A stretch of 64,000 bases of DNA from a plasmid. Under the pieces are notes generated by a model that saw only the letters and a list, made by a program, of their open reading frames with translations, did no database searches and had not been told where the DNA came from. The stretch lies in NCBI RefSeq assembly GCF_054482525.1, contig NZ_JBTHVG010000003.1; one strand, written 5' to 3'. Position 1 is the stretch's first letter; the number at the start of each line of letters is the position of its first letter. A program made the position numbers and the translations under genes. Of the stretch, positions 11,975-22,940 are shown in pieces.

Positions 11975-12178
11975 TCAGCCCGTCCGCAGGAGTTTTCGTC
12001 CTTCAGTCAACAAATGCACTACCTTTTTTGAGTCTCCACTTTCCAGAGCAGAAAACACGTTACCGATTCTACCAACAGCTTGTATCTGAGTGATAACCCC
12101 AGTCTTGTAATCATCTAGGATCCCTGACAGGAAAGCGTTCAGTTTTGTCTGTTCGCTTAGCGAAAGCATGTAGGACAT
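11975..12178 (-). CDS. hypothetical protein
   Basis: 67-aa ORF, last gene of the minus-strand methyltransferase operon. Confidence 0.35.
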   Translation of the reverse strand: MSYMLSLSEQTKLNAFLSGILDDYKTGVITQIQAVGRIGNVFSALESGDSKKVVHLLTEGRKLLRTG

Positions 12179-12190
12179 TTTTTCTCCATT

Positions 12191-13510
12191 TTAAGCAGGT
12201 GTGTCAGTTGAAAGAGGTTTGCGTGATTCTGGAAAATGAGGCAGCACCATAGTTTCAGATGCTGTGGTCGCATCCCAGTGCCACCATCCATAAGGCCCAT
12301 ATTCACGGTTGTAATAATCTTTTTTGAGTTGCTTTCGGGCCAGATAAGCAGGAGTGGCCATACCAAATACTTCCATCGGGAACGGCTTATCGCTTTTTGT
12401 GTCGAGCAGGTAGAAGTCAGGGAACACCTCACTAATACTCGCATCATAACGCATGGGCTTAACGTACTGCCGGTGCTCTGCATCCAGCTTTTCTGCAACA
12501 ACCGCCTCATAGGAGGAGTCCAGAGGTATCCAGTTCTCGCTAACGTGCATCAGCACAATTTGATGAGCTCTTACAGAAGGGCCTCTGCCGGTTACCGCAG
12601 CTGGTGACGTCAACGCAAAGACAACTATTTTCGCCCCGGATTTCCATGCTGCGTACTCCGATGAAAATCGTTTCTTTACGCTATCCCAATGGACTTCTGA
12701 ATTGAAAAAAATCAGCGGTAGCCCCCCAAAATTCCGCAGGGGTAAAAATTTAAGTGGCTTCTCATGCTTTTCAGCATCGTAGCGAGGTAAAACTGACAGG
12801 AGCATGAGACGTTTATCACTCATCGCCTGTGATGAAAGACGCTGAATTTGCGACTGAGCGACAGGTTGTTTCGGGTCAGGTACACCAATGAATAAATGGT
12901 CACCTATGCAGGCTCTGCCGGTACGAATTTGTTTAGCGGTTTCAAGCAGACGATACCGTACCAGTGAATCGTTACGTTTCCCTGCCATTTTCGGGTACCA
13001 GACATTCAGACCAGACTCTGTCCACAAAAGACTAAGCAAGCCCAGGAGGGTCATTGAGGCCTGACCTCCTTCTGGTCGCTGAACATGGGGCAGGGGAGGC
13101 ACTTCTGATTTTTCAGGAGGATCTTTCTCTGTCATACCGATACCGAGCCTTACAGCCATATCACCTTCGGTTGTAATCCGGACCACACCACTCGCATATC
13201 CTTTCAGGCCGGTATGCCGGGCATCAAGGGAGAAGAATACACAGGAAGGATCATGCTCAATGCCCGTGTTAGCGGCTTTGACGAGAATAAAGGCATCACC
13301 GTTCGGTAAAGCACGAACATAAAGTCGCTTTTCTCCTTTTCCACGACATCCGCAGGTGATGACTGATTTTTGACCTGAGGTGTGGTGTGCCTTTTTAAGA
13401 GCCGACTGCCACCCTTTAGCAAACTCATCCTGCGTTTGAAAGTCAGGTGAATACCTTTTGACGTTTGGATCGTCGTCGTAAGCAATCATCACTGCGAATT
13501 TTTGGCTCAT
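12191..13510 (-). CDS. hypothetical protein, 439 aa (methyltransferase-linked)
   Basis: Large ORF co-directional with and downstream of the cytosine methyltransferase; no catalytic motif confidently recognised. Confidence 0.55.
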   Translation of the reverse strand: MSQKFAVMIAYDDDPNVKRYSPDFQTQDEFAKGWQSALKKAHHTSGQKSVITCGCRGKGEKRLYVRALPNGDAFILVKAANTGIEHDPSCVFFSLDARHTGLKGYASGVVRITTEGDMAVRLGIGMTEKDPPEKSEVPPLPHVQRPEGGQASMTLLGLLSLLWTESGLNVWYPKMAGKRNDSLVRYRLLETAKQIRTGRACIGDHLFIGVPDPKQPVAQSQIQRLSSQAMSDKRLMLLSVLPRYDAEKHEKPLKFLPLRNFGGLPLIFFNSEVHWDSVKKRFSSEYAAWKSGAKIVVFALTSPAAVTGRGPSVRAHQIVLMHVSENWIPLDSSYEAVVAEKLDAEHRQYVKPMRYDASISEVFPDFYLLDTKSDKPFPMEVFGMATPAYLARKQLKKDYYNREYGPYGWWHWDATTASETMVLPHFPESRKPLSTDTPA

Positions 13511-13532
13511 AGTAGTCTCCTAAACAGGAAGT

Positions 13533-13700
13533 TTAATATCCCAACCAGAGCAACACTTCCTGAGCGTCATACTGTTCCTTTACGCCCATGTCGCTAAAGA
13601 ATTCTTCGAAATCTGTTTCGGGAACGCAATGCCTGGACAGTTCTTGTAATGCTCGTTCTTTAGATACCGTCTCACCTTCAGCTGATTCGAAATACGTCAT
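13533..13700 (-). CDS. small hypothetical protein (55 aa)
   Basis: ORF below the track's size cut-off, translated by hand as MTYFESAEGETVSKERALQELSRH...; sits between the methyltransferase and the 439-aa gene. Confidence 0.3.
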   Translation of the reverse strand: MTYFESAEGETVSKERALQELSRHCVPETDFEEFFSDMGVKEQYDAQEVLLWLGY

Positions 13701-13760
13701 GGTTGACCTCTGACATTATTACAACAATCTTAAGCATTTAAATTGATGAAGGAGCTCAGG

Positions 13761-15230
13761 TCAGCTGACTTCGTCGTAAAACTGCCGCAAGCGCTGGGAG
13801 GCTGCAAATTCAATTCGTGACTTCAGCAGTTTGGCGACGGCCGCAAAGACATCAACGACCACGGAGTTCCCAAACTGTCTGTAAGCCTGTGTATTGGACA
13901 CAGGGATACGGAAAACACTTTCCCCGGGTTTATCGAAGCCCATTAGCCTGCTGCATTCACGTGGCGTTAGCATGCGTGGCCGACGGTCCATGTTGTATGT
14001 GTTATGGAAATCAGTTTCTCCCAGTTCATGAGACCAGCCCCGATCAATAAGAATTTCAGATCCGTCTTTCATATAGCGGCTTGAGAGGGTTCTGGTGACA
14101 CTATTAACATTGGAAGGATCTACTAGTCCAAAACCAAAACCATTGCCTTTTGCCGCATGTTTCTTTGCATAGTTGTATAAGTACTCCCAGAGTTTAGGGG
14201 AGAGGATGTATTTACTATCTACGCTCGGATCCAGTAAATCTGAGAGAGAAGGGCGCTTGTCCGGATAAAAGTCTTTAATGTCTCTCAGAGTAAAACCGTC
14301 TTTCAGACGTAGGTCGCGGCGAAAACCAATAAGGACGATACGTTCACGGTGCTGGGGTCGGAAATGACGGCCATCGATGACTTTAGGATCATCCGCGCCC
14401 GTGCTTTCGCTGTTTGCGACGTCGTAGCCAAGCTCATCGAGCGTTTTCATGATGATGTTAAAGGTATTACCCTTATCGTGACTCTTCAGATTTTTTACGT
14501 TTTCCAGAACAAAAATTGCAGGTTGTTTTGCCCGGATGATCCTGGCCACATCAAAGAAGAGCGTACCCTGAGTGTCGCACTCGAAACCGTGTTTGCGACC
14601 CATAGAGTTCTTTTTACTGACACCGGCGATGCTGAATGGCTGGCATGGAAATCCCGCAAGAAGAACATCATGATCCGGGATAGAGGCATCGATAAATTTG
14701 TATGCCTCGTCATCAGTAACCTCGGGCCGGTTGCTAAGAGTGATGTCACGGATGTCTGAATTGAAGCGGTGCTCGTTCTCATCGCAATACCAGTTCGCCC
14801 GGTAAGTACGGCTGGAATAAGTATTCCATTCGCTCGTGAAAAGACATTTACCACCGATGGCATCAAATCCGCTTCGCAGTCCACCTATCCCTGCAAACAG
14901 ATCGATAAAGCTAAAGTGCCTGTCCTCATAATCAGCAGGTCGTGAAGGTATTAAAGTCTGTAGATAGCGTCCATCTGCGATACTCAGCTCACAATGCTCA
15001 GGTATGCATGTAACCTGACGTTTAAGGGATGCACGGGACCAATTACTGCCATTTTCATCATTTAATACCTGAGCCAGATATTTCAGGTCATAAATGGTCG
15101 AAGCTGTTAACAAAGTTTTGTGGATCAGAGATGGTGTTTTATCCACATCATTCAGGTCTGTCTCAAGATCATGAGTGTAACGTTTCATCCAAACTCTCTC
15201 AGGAATAATATCTTTGAGATAGATTAACAC
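13761..15230 (-). CDS. DNA cytosine-5 methyltransferase, Dcm/M.EcoRII-like
   Basis: Motif I FAGIGG, motif IV PCQPFS, motif [12 protein letters not shown]; N-terminal extension as in Dcm; true start may be an internal Met. Confidence 0.85.
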   Translation of the reverse strand: MLIYLKDIIPERVWMKRYTHDLETDLNDVDKTPSLIHKTLLTASTIYDLKYLAQVLNDENGSNWSRASLKRQVTCIPEHCELSIADGRYLQTLIPSRPADYEDRHFSFIDLFAGIGGLRSGFDAIGGKCLFTSEWNTYSSRTYRANWYCDENEHRFNSDIRDITLSNRPEVTDDEAYKFIDASIPDHDVLLAGFPCQPFSIAGVSKKNSMGRKHGFECDTQGTLFFDVARIIRAKQPAIFVLENVKNLKSHDKGNTFNIIMKTLDELGYDVANSESTGADDPKVIDGRHFRPQHRERIVLIGFRRDLRLKDGFTLRDIKDFYPDKRPSLSDLLDPSVDSKYILSPKLWEYLYNYAKKHAAKGNGFGFGLVDPSNVNSVTRTLSSRYMKDGSEILIDRGWSHELGETDFHNTYNMDRRPRMLTPRECSRLMGFDKPGESVFRIPVSNTQAYRQFGNSVVVDVFAAVAKLLKSRIEFAASQRLRQFYDEVS

Positions 15231-15399
15231 GCTTAATTTGGATTATTTTTTGGTTCAGGTTCTAAATTTATTGTGATTATTCTGCCTTTAAGTTGCAAAA
15301 AGATTGGTTTTAAGCCCGCCCATGAAATAATGACTTGTTAAAATACTGCCTGTAAATAGGCTTGTGGATACATGTCTGTACTCAACAAATCAAGGTGAA

Positions 15400-15918
15400 A
15401 TGATGTTTTTTTTAACAAAGTTACTTTTGCCCATCATGATTGTTGTATTCCCAGTGGCGTCCTGGGGGAACTCAACAACTTTTGAGGCAAAGGTGGTTAA
15501 GATTGTTGACGGTGACACCATAACTGCGTTGGATGCTCAAAACACAACCATCAAAATACGGATGTATGGTATAGACGCTCCTGAATCTAAACAGGCTTTT
15601 GGCCAAAAAGCAAAACAGGCCTTAACCACAGCTATAGCAACTAAAATCGTTACCGTGATAGACCATGGTACGGATATCTATGGCCGTATGTTAGGTACCA
15701 TCTGGTTAGATGGATATGATATCAATGCCTCTATGGTGGACAGTGGATATGCGTGGGTTTATCGGTTCGAAGATAACGCCATTGTCCCTGGCTATATCAA
15801 ATATGAATCCGCAGCACAAAAGGAGGCAAAAGGGTTATGGGCAGACACCAACCCTGTCCCACCATGGCAGTGGAGACAGGCAAACGAAAAGCCCAGAAAG
15901 GTGAAAGAGAAGAAATAA
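15400..15918 (+). CDS. nuc: secreted thermonuclease (staphylococcal-nuclease fold)
   Basis: Start moved to ATG at 15400 after an AAGGTGA ribosome-binding site; signal peptide then SNase-like core (DGDT, GIDAPE motifs). Confidence 0.75.
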   Translation: MMFFLTKLLLPIMIVVFPVASWGNSTTFEAKVVKIVDGDTITALDAQNTTIKIRMYGIDAPESKQAFGQKAKQALTTAIATKIVTVIDHGTDIYGRMLGTIWLDGYDINASMVDSGYAWVYRFEDNAIVPGYIKYESAAQKEAKGLWADTNPVPPWQWRQANEKPRKVKEKK

Positions 15919-15920
15919 CC

Positions 15921-16817
15921 ATGATGAAAGAGCCTCATCCGTTACTTCAGTTGGTACTAAACGATTCCGGTCGTCTAACCATGCCTGTTTATTATAGAGA
16001 TCAACAGTATTGCCCGACTTGCCTTACAAAGGTGTTGAAGAGTGAGGATGGAAGTTTGGCGCACCTCGGGGAAATAAATCAAAATACATGTAGACCTTCT
16101 ATTTCAGTAGTTGTGACAAAAGCAATTATTGAAATGTTATGTGACGGGGAAAAAATATATGTAAATCCAATACGACACCGAGGCCGGGTGCTGGCACCCT
16201 CAGTAATTTTTTCTCCCGACACTCACACTTTCAAACCGTTTATAAATACAGACTATCAGCCTGTGGGAGCAAACTGGAAAAGTGAAAAGGGATATAAACT
16301 CGGTCTGTTTTATCTCAAAGATCGAGCCAACTCTATCAATAAAGAGGAATTTGATTTCATTGCCGTTATAGACCCTGAGGCAATGCAGAAAGAATTTATT
16401 TCGGCCTGGTCTGAGGTTGATGAAAAAAATCCATTGGAAACGCTGAAGCAGATCTTACGATCTAAAAACAACTCTTCTTTATGGGTAAAATGGCCTGGCA
16501 AAATTGAGCATGCGCAAAAAGGAAATTACAACGAAAATTACTGGTTCGATTATCAATCTGATAATCAGGAAGTGAACTGTACGGTCTCTGTTGTAGGTAT
16601 CGAAGGTAACAGTTCCGGTGAGACAATTTATAGATTGCAAACTTTGCTAAAGCGTAAGCTCAATGAATATCAACTGGTTCGGTCTTTAGGTACTATTATG
16701 CTTCTTGATAATACCGGGAATATGATTCCATCAAACCATCCTTATTTTGAAGTCATCTCAAAAGCATGTATAAATGGAGTGCGTGACTTTGTTCGTCAAA
16801 ACCCGTGGGTAGTCTGA
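15921..16817 (+). CDS. hypothetical protein, 298 aa, coupled to nuc
   Basis: Start at ATG 15921, 3 nt after the nuc stop; contains a CPTC motif; no family recognised. Confidence 0.5.
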   Translation: MMKEPHPLLQLVLNDSGRLTMPVYYRDQQYCPTCLTKVLKSEDGSLAHLGEINQNTCRPSISVVVTKAIIEMLCDGEKIYVNPIRHRGRVLAPSVIFSPDTHTFKPFINTDYQPVGANWKSEKGYKLGLFYLKDRANSINKEEFDFIAVIDPEAMQKEFISAWSEVDEKNPLETLKQILRSKNNSSLWVKWPGKIEHAQKGNYNENYWFDYQSDNQEVNCTVSVVGIEGNSSGETIYRLQTLLKRKLNEYQLVRSLGTIMLLDNTGNMIPSNHPYFEVISKACINGVRDFVRQNPWVV

Positions 16818-16864
16818 CGGTCAACTATAAAGCATAATATAATTAGTAATAACAAGGAACAGAC

Positions 16865-17272
16865 ATGAATGAAAACTCAGTAATCTTAATAAGTTTATTT
16901 TGGTTTTTTTTGGGATCGAGTGTTGTAGCTGGTTTTATGGATGCATCATTATATTGCTGGATTTTTGCAGCCATAAGCGCATTGTTTCTTCTTTCGGTGA
17001 TACAAACACCAAAGGAGTTAACGGTATCTATTAGTCATATGACAAGCAAAACGCTGATCTCAAAGACAGATGATGGATACACATTTAGCATTTCACCTTA
17101 CGGAGACGGGTACCGCTTATCAGTCTCGCCTGAAAATCGTCACAATGGTACCCAAAGCTTTGACGGCTGGTTCCCACGTTTTTTTTCCGAACCACAGTAT
17201 GCCAAATCATCTTTAACTAAATTTCTCGGTGAGTCCTTAGTATGGGAAGAAGATTCAAGTAATGCTCTATGA
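16865..17272 (+). CDS. small membrane protein
   Basis: 135-aa ORF with two N-terminal hydrophobic helices. Confidence 0.4.
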   Translation: MNENSVILISLFWFFLGSSVVAGFMDASLYCWIFAAISALFLLSVIQTPKELTVSISHMTSKTLISKTDDGYTFSISPYGDGYRLSVSPENRHNGTQSFDGWFPRFFSEPQYAKSSLTKFLGESLVWEEDSSNAL

Positions 17273-17317
17273 GATTACTTATTATAAATTTTTCTATTAA
17301 TCTCCATGGAGTGATAT

Positions 17318-17572
17318 ATGAATTTGGCCTATTTTTTATTTTTGTCTATAACTGTTATGCTTACGAGCTTTATTATTAAATCACTTGTCGTATTGGTAAA
17401 GTTCAAATTACTTCGTGATGAACGTCTCGAATATACCAGCAATAAAAATATTGATGAGATGTACGATTTAATGAATGCGAAGGAAGAAATCCTCATAAGG
17501 CATCATAAGCAGATGTTGGCATTGCATCTTTCACTATTAATATTCGTTCTATTTATTGCTTACATTTACTAA
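17318..17572 (+). CDS. small membrane protein
   Basis: 84-aa ORF with hydrophobic helices at both ends. Confidence 0.4.
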   Translation: MNLAYFLFLSITVMLTSFIIKSLVVLVKFKLLRDERLEYTSNKNIDEMYDLMNAKEEILIRHHKQMLALHLSLLIFVLFIAYIY

Positions 17573-17609
17573 AAATAATTTTATTCAACATTTCAACAAA
17601 GGGTTTTCA

Positions 17610-17897
17610 ATGGAAAGCTTCGAAACTGAACAAATGATTCAATATGCTTTCTACATAAATATCGTAATAACGACTGGTTTGGCATGGTTTTGCTTGCGGT
17701 CAGGATTGCATTACAATTTTTTCAGAAAAGCAGAGAGTGCCAGAACAAAAGGGCTGAGTAGTACCTCTACTGAACACGGTCCAGCAATAGTGAGACTAAA
17801 GAAGCTACAAGCATTAGTAGATTTTATTAGTAACTGTGCTTTTCTAATCCTTTCAATTGGCACAGCTTATATTTTGTATGTTTGGAGCCACAGTTAA
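17610..17897 (+). CDS. small membrane protein
   Basis: Start moved to internal ATG at 17610 after an AAAGGG ribosome-binding site; two hydrophobic helices. Confidence 0.35.
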   Translation: MESFETEQMIQYAFYINIVITTGLAWFCLRSGLHYNFFRKAESARTKGLSSTSTEHGPAIVRLKKLQALVDFISNCAFLILSIGTAYILYVWSHS

Positions 17898-17966
17898 CTC
17901 ATACGAGGTAACTTCGGCAGGTAACAACTTCTAATGCAGGACTTTAATAACTCTAAGGGATTCTAC

Positions 17967-18164
17967 ATGAAAAAAGACGATCTAATTACGCGTTGTAAAT
18001 TACTTAAAGGCGAACGCGATGAGTCTATCTTTACCATATTAATTGGGATAGTAGTAAAGCTGGGGCTGGTAGGCCTGGCATTCTATCTGTTGCTTGGTTC
18101 CACGATTGATTGGTCAAGCTGGAAAACTTATGCCGCCATGTTGATCTTGGGAGCATTTCTCTAA
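17967..18164 (+). CDS. small membrane protein
   Basis: Start moved to internal ATG at 17967 after an AAGGGA ribosome-binding site; hydrophobic C-terminal half. Confidence 0.35.
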   Translation: MKKDDLITRCKLLKGERDESIFTILIGIVVKLGLVGLAFYLLLGSTIDWSSWKTYAAMLILGAFL

Positions 18165-18500
18165 AATCTTGAACCTTTTTTCACTCATTACAAGCCATGA
18201 CCTAGTGCGTAGATCATACGATCTTTAAACCTTATGTCATTGATTTATAAGTACATATAACAAAGATTATGTTAAATACTGTATGTATGTACAGCATCAA
18301 CAGTTGCCCCCCTCATATTGAGGTAATTGCTACATTCATACCACTATTCTTCTTATAGTATCGACATCCTGAATTATTGCACCCTACTGCTTTGTCTTTA
18401 GCTGTTCCGAATTAAAATTCATTGCTCAATTTGGATCACATGACGATCAGCGTATTCCTTTGCTTTATCAAAGTTAAGTTTTTAAAACATAAGATATGTA

Positions 18501-18962
18501 ATGACAAATTCTCAATCTGATTTTCCTTTGAACGATCAAAATTTTCAGGCAGATTTGCTGAAAATCAAAAAGGTTTTCGCCGACCTTATAACGCAGGCAT
18601 CAGATGGTAAGATACCCATAAGGTCTTCTCATGTACACGGCTTACACCATTTCGAGGAGCTCTACATCCGGGCAAGAGCAGGCATGTGTTCGGTCCTGGG
18701 ATATCCGGTCATGGTTGTTTCAACTATCTCAGTTAAAGAGCCCGGCACAGGCATTTTTAGAGCGCTTCTTGCAGAATTGAAATGTATTGCAGATGAACAA
18801 AATTACATTTTGAAAATTGAAAATGTACTGCCTCCCCTATTCCGCAAATACCTTATTCAAGAAGGTTTTGTTTTCCCAGGTGAACCTTGGATGTGTGGTT
18901 CCGGCTATTGGTTTAAGAACCCACAAGTACTTCATGAAAATATTGAGTTATTATCTGTTTAA
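18501..18962 (+). CDS. hypothetical protein
   Basis: 153-aa ORF; no family recognised. Confidence 0.45.
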   Translation: MTNSQSDFPLNDQNFQADLLKIKKVFADLITQASDGKIPIRSSHVHGLHHFEELYIRARAGMCSVLGYPVMVVSTISVKEPGTGIFRALLAELKCIADEQNYILKIENVLPPLFRKYLIQEGFVFPGEPWMCGSGYWFKNPQVLHENIELLSV

Positions 18963-18991
18963 GTCGATCTAACAATTTCACTGGAGCTAAC

Positions 18992-19399
18992 ATGTCCCCG
19001 GAATTGGTATCAGACATTGCAAGAGTGGCGCATGAAAAGCTACTTTCAATTTTAACGGAGTGCGGCATAGAGAAGACGGCAGGCACTTGCCTTTTTGCAA
19101 GCTATCTTGTGTGTTATTTAGCAAAAACTAAAGGTCTAGATGCTGTTGTCCGTGGGGGTAACGGTGCAGATGATGGCGGTATATTTATAGAGTGTGGTGG
19201 CTTTGGCCATTATTGGTGTGAGTTGAATTTCGAAGAAGTGCAATATTATATTGACATCACTTCCGAACAGTTTGGGTTTCATCCATACATAGTGAAACTC
19301 GCCAACGATATAACAGGATGGCCTCGATATATTCCTGGTGATCAGGAAACGGTCGATAGTCATTTAGAACAATTATTACGCGACGGCTATACAGAATAG
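18992..19399 (+). CDS. hypothetical protein
   Basis: 135-aa ORF, contains a conserved-looking Cys/His patch (CGGFGHYWC); no family assigned. Confidence 0.45.
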   Translation: MSPELVSDIARVAHEKLLSILTECGIEKTAGTCLFASYLVCYLAKTKGLDAVVRGGNGADDGGIFIECGGFGHYWCELNFEEVQYYIDITSEQFGFHPYIVKLANDITGWPRYIPGDQETVDSHLEQLLRDGYTE

Positions 19400-19449
19400 G
19401 CTGCGTATACCCTATCGCAGCCTTTCAGGCTCTTAACCCTTGTGACCTG

Positions 19450-19977
19450 TTAACGGAACCACTCAGGATGACGCTGCCGATCAACTTTGATAACCTGCGA
19501 ATTAAATTCAACGACATCCGCTGGAGTAAGCATTAATTCATCAGGATTTACAATAAATGGTCTTAAAACCACTTCGCCACCGTCTTCTTTTGCACCGTAG
19601 ATATTAATAAGAAAGTGCAGTCGTTGATTTCCTTCAGCATTGCGTTGCCATTCTCTAAAAGTCAAAGTTTGTTTAATATAGTTTGTTAAAAGAAATGCGA
19701 ATTCAGATTCTTCCGTTTGTGAGATACCGATTTTGTTAGACATTTTTTTTAGTATCTTTCCGAGCATGGACACACAGGCATCTAGACTTAACGATGTTGA
19801 AATTTTGGTCGTATTAAAATCCTCCTGCGAAAGTGAAATCATCCATGTATTATCTTTATGATAGTCGGTAATATAAATAAAATGAGATGTAAAAGGCGTT
19901 GAGTGATTGAACTCTCCTAAGTTCCATCCATACTGACTCACTGTATTTGAGCTAAGTTCTTTGTCGGTAATGTTCAT
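19450..19977 (-). CDS. hypothetical protein
   Basis: 175-aa ORF convergent with the preceding gene. Confidence 0.45.
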   Translation of the reverse strand: MNITDKELSSNTVSQYGWNLGEFNHSTPFTSHFIYITDYHKDNTWMISLSQEDFNTTKISTSLSLDACVSMLGKILKKMSNKIGISQTEESEFAFLLTNYIKQTLTFREWQRNAEGNQRLHFLINIYGAKEDGGEVVLRPFIVNPDELMLTPADVVEFNSQVIKVDRQRHPEWFR

Positions 19978-20143
19978 AATTCATACCTTTCGATAAAGTC
20001 TGTAATGATAATTAGCTATCTCAAAGGACCAGAACAACTCTTGAAATAACCACACTCGAAGAATTTATCATATTGAACACCCCTACCTAATAACCTTGCC
20101 GACTTAATAAATCACAATAGCCCTCCCCTGACATTTTAAAATG

Positions 20144-20530
20144 CTACTTGAATTTTTGATAGCTTATGGTTGTTTTATGTTCTTTGTGATACGCATATGT
20201 CATCTTCTCTTTCCAGTACCAATCTTGTAGATCCTGCAAGTCTAGCCCATTTTTCTCACGTATGCTTTCGTGTAATTCGCTAAGCGCGAGTTTATCATTA
20301 GGTTTATAAATGGCTAATTTTTCTTCAAATAAATCCAGCCAACGTTTCCCCATCTTACGACGCAAAACAAACACCATCGTGATAAATGTAATGAAATGCA
20401 CAGCAATTAGTTCCAACTTATGCGATTGCTGACCAGATAAAATTACTATTGTAACAACAGGGATGGCCGTATATAAAGCAATCAAAGCGACCATAAGTTG
20501 GTATGGTTTTTCCCGTATTACCATGTTCAT
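20144..20530 (-). CDS. hypothetical membrane protein
   Basis: 128-aa ORF with two hydrophobic helices; last backbone gene before the resistance region. Confidence 0.4.
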   Translation of the reverse strand: MNMVIREKPYQLMVALIALYTAIPVVTIVILSGQQSHKLELIAVHFITFITMVFVLRRKMGKRWLDLFEEKLAIYKPNDKLALSELHESIREKNGLDLQDLQDWYWKEKMTYAYHKEHKTTISYQKFK

Positions 20531-20570
20531 GGGTAAACCAGAGGACGCTACTGCTTGCCAAAATCTTAAA

Positions 20571-20608
20571 GGGGAGCCCGCAGAATTCGGAAAAAATCGT
20601 ACGCTAAG
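20571..20608. repeat. 38-bp terminal inverted repeat of a Tn1721/Tn21-subgroup transposon
   Basis: GGGGAGCCCGCAGAATTCGGAAAAAATCGTACGCTAAG, matching the Tn1721 IR as I recall it; the tnpA stop lies within it. Confidence 0.7.
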
Positions 20609-22120
20609 GTTTTCCGGGCATCCGTAAGGGCCGAAACTTCCCGTCTTCCAGTCTGCGGCTCTGCCGCCAGACGTAATCGCCGGTTAGGTTGATGTGCTCC
20701 CAGCCCAGCGGCGACAGGAATTGCAGCAGCTCGCCGTCCACCGGCTTGCCGGCCTCGACCAACCCCTGGGTGGCGCGTTCCAGGTACACCGTGTTCCACA
20801 GCACGATAGCCGCCGTCACCAGGTTGAGGCCGCTGGCCCGGTAGCGCTGCTGCTCGAAGCTCCGATCCCTGATTTCCCCAAGGCGGTTGAAGAACACCGC
20901 CCTGGCCAGCGAGTTGCGCGCCTCACCTTTGTTCAGGCCGGCATGCACGCGGCGGCGCAGTTCAACACTTTGCAGCCAGTCCAGGATGAACAGCGTGCGC
21001 TCGATCCGGCCCAGCTCGCGCAGGGCCACGGCCAGTCCGTTCTGGCGCGGGTAGCTGCCGAGCTTGCGCAGCATCAGCGAGGCGGTGACGGTGCCCTGCT
21101 TGATCGAGCTGGCCAGGCGCAGGATGTCGTCCCAGTGGGCACGCACGTGCTTGATGTTCAGGGTGCCGCCGATCAGCGGGCGCAACGTCGGGTAGGCTTG
21201 CACGCCCTGCGGCACGTACAGCTTGGTTTCGCCGAGGTCGCGGATGCGCGGCGCGAAGCGGAAGCCTAGCAGGTGCATCAGGGCAAAGACGTGATCGGTG
21301 AAGCCGGCCGTGTCGGTGTAGTGCTCCTCGATCCGCAGGTCGGACTCGTGGTACAGCAGGCCGTCGAGCACATAGGTGGAATCGCGGACGCCGACATTCA
21401 CCACGCGGGTGCTGAACGGCGCGTACTGGTCGGAGATATGGGTATAGAACAGCCGTCCCGGCTCGCTACCGTACTTCGGGTTGACGTGCCCGGTGCTCTC
21501 GCCCCGGCCACCCGCGCGGAAGCGCTGGCCATCGGAGGATGAGGTCGTGCCGTCGCCCCAGTGGGCGGCAAAGGCGTGGCGATACTGGTGGTTGACCAGC
21601 TCGGCCAAGGCCGCCGAATAGGTTTCGTCGCGGATGTGCCAGGCTTGCAGCCAGGACAGCTTGGCGTAGGTCAGGCCGGGGCTCGACTCGGCCATCTTGG
21701 TCAGCCCGAGGTTGATCGCATCACCGAGGATTGCGGACAGCAGCAACGTCCTGTCTTTGGCCTCGGCCCCGTCCTTCAAGTGGGTGAAGTGGCGGCTGAA
21801 GCCCGTCCAGTCGTCCACGTCCATCAGCAGTTCGGTGATCTTGATGCGCGGCAGTAACTGGCTGGTTTGGTCGATCAGCGCCTGCGCCCGATCCGGCACC
21901 GCCGCATCCAGCGGGGTGATTTTCAGCCCTGACTCGGTGAGGATGGCATCGGGCAGCTCGTTGTCCTTGGCCAGGCGGGTGACGGTGGCCAACTGCTCGT
22001 CCAGCAGCTGCAAACGCTCTTCCAGGTACTGGTCGCTGTTCGGGTTGATCGCCAGGGGCAGGGCCTGCTCGCGCTTGAGTGCGGCGAACTTCTCGGCCGG
22101 CAGCAGGTAGTCGTCGAAGT
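20604..22120 (-). pseudogene. tnpA: Tn1721/Tn21-family transposase, 3' fragment truncated by IS26
   Basis: High-GC ORF encoding the C-terminal ~505 aa of a Tn3-family TnpA; reading frame runs into IS26 at 22121. Confidence 0.85.
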
Positions 22121-22940
22121 GGCACTGTTGCAAATAGTCGGTGGTGATAAACTTATCATCCCCTTTTGCTGATGGAGCTGCACATGAACCCATTCAAAGG
22201 CCGGCATTTTCAGCGTGACATCATTCTGTGGGCCGTACGCTGGTACTGCAAATACGGCATCAGTTACCGTGAGCTGCAGGAGATGCTGGCTGAACGCGGA
22301 GTGAATGTCGATCACTCCACGATTTACCGCTGGGTTCAGCGTTATGCGCCTGAAATGGAAAAACGGCTGCGCTGGTACTGGCGTAACCCTTCCGATCTTT
22401 GCCCGTGGCACATGGATGAAACCTACGTGAAGGTCAATGGCCGCTGGGCGTATCTGTACCGGGCCGTCGACAGCCGGGGCCGCACTGTCGATTTTTATCT
22501 CTCCTCCCGTCGTAACAGCAAAGCTGCATACCGGTTTCTGGGTAAAATCCTCAACAACGTGAAGAAGTGGCAGATCCCGCGATTCATCAACACGGATAAA
22601 GCGCCCGCCTATGGTCGCGCGCTTGCTCTGCTCAAACGCGAAGGCCGGTGCCCGTCTGACGTTGAACACCGACAGATTAAGTACCGGAACAACGTGATTG
22701 AATGCGATCATGGCAAACTGAAACGGATAATCGGCGCCACGCTGGGATTTAAATCCATGAAGACGGCTTACGCCACCATCAAAGGTATTGAGGTGATGCG
22801 TGCACTACGCAAAGGCCAGGCCTCAGCATTTTATTATGGTGATCCCCTGGGCGAAATGCGCCTGGTAAGCAGAGTTTTTGAAATGTAAGGCCTTTGAATA
22901 AGACAAAAGGCTGCCTCATCGCTAACTTTGCAACAGTGCC
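22121..22940 (+). mobile_element. tnp26: IS26 copy 1 (canonical Tnp26)
   Basis: 820 bp bounded by GGCACTGTTGCAAA terminal repeats; Tnp26 coding 22184-22888; residue 184 is Gly. Confidence 0.95.

Noticed and set aside
12191-13510. Identification of the 439-aa protein as R.EcoRII, the classic partner of a Dcm-like methyltransferase
   Set aside because: Its length and N-terminus do not match what I recall of EcoRII; left as unknown rather than named.
21923-22711. 262-aa minus-strand ORF spanning the junction between the Tn1721-like tnpA fragment and IS26
   Set aside because: Crosses an insertion boundary and is antisense to tnp26; an artefact of the join.
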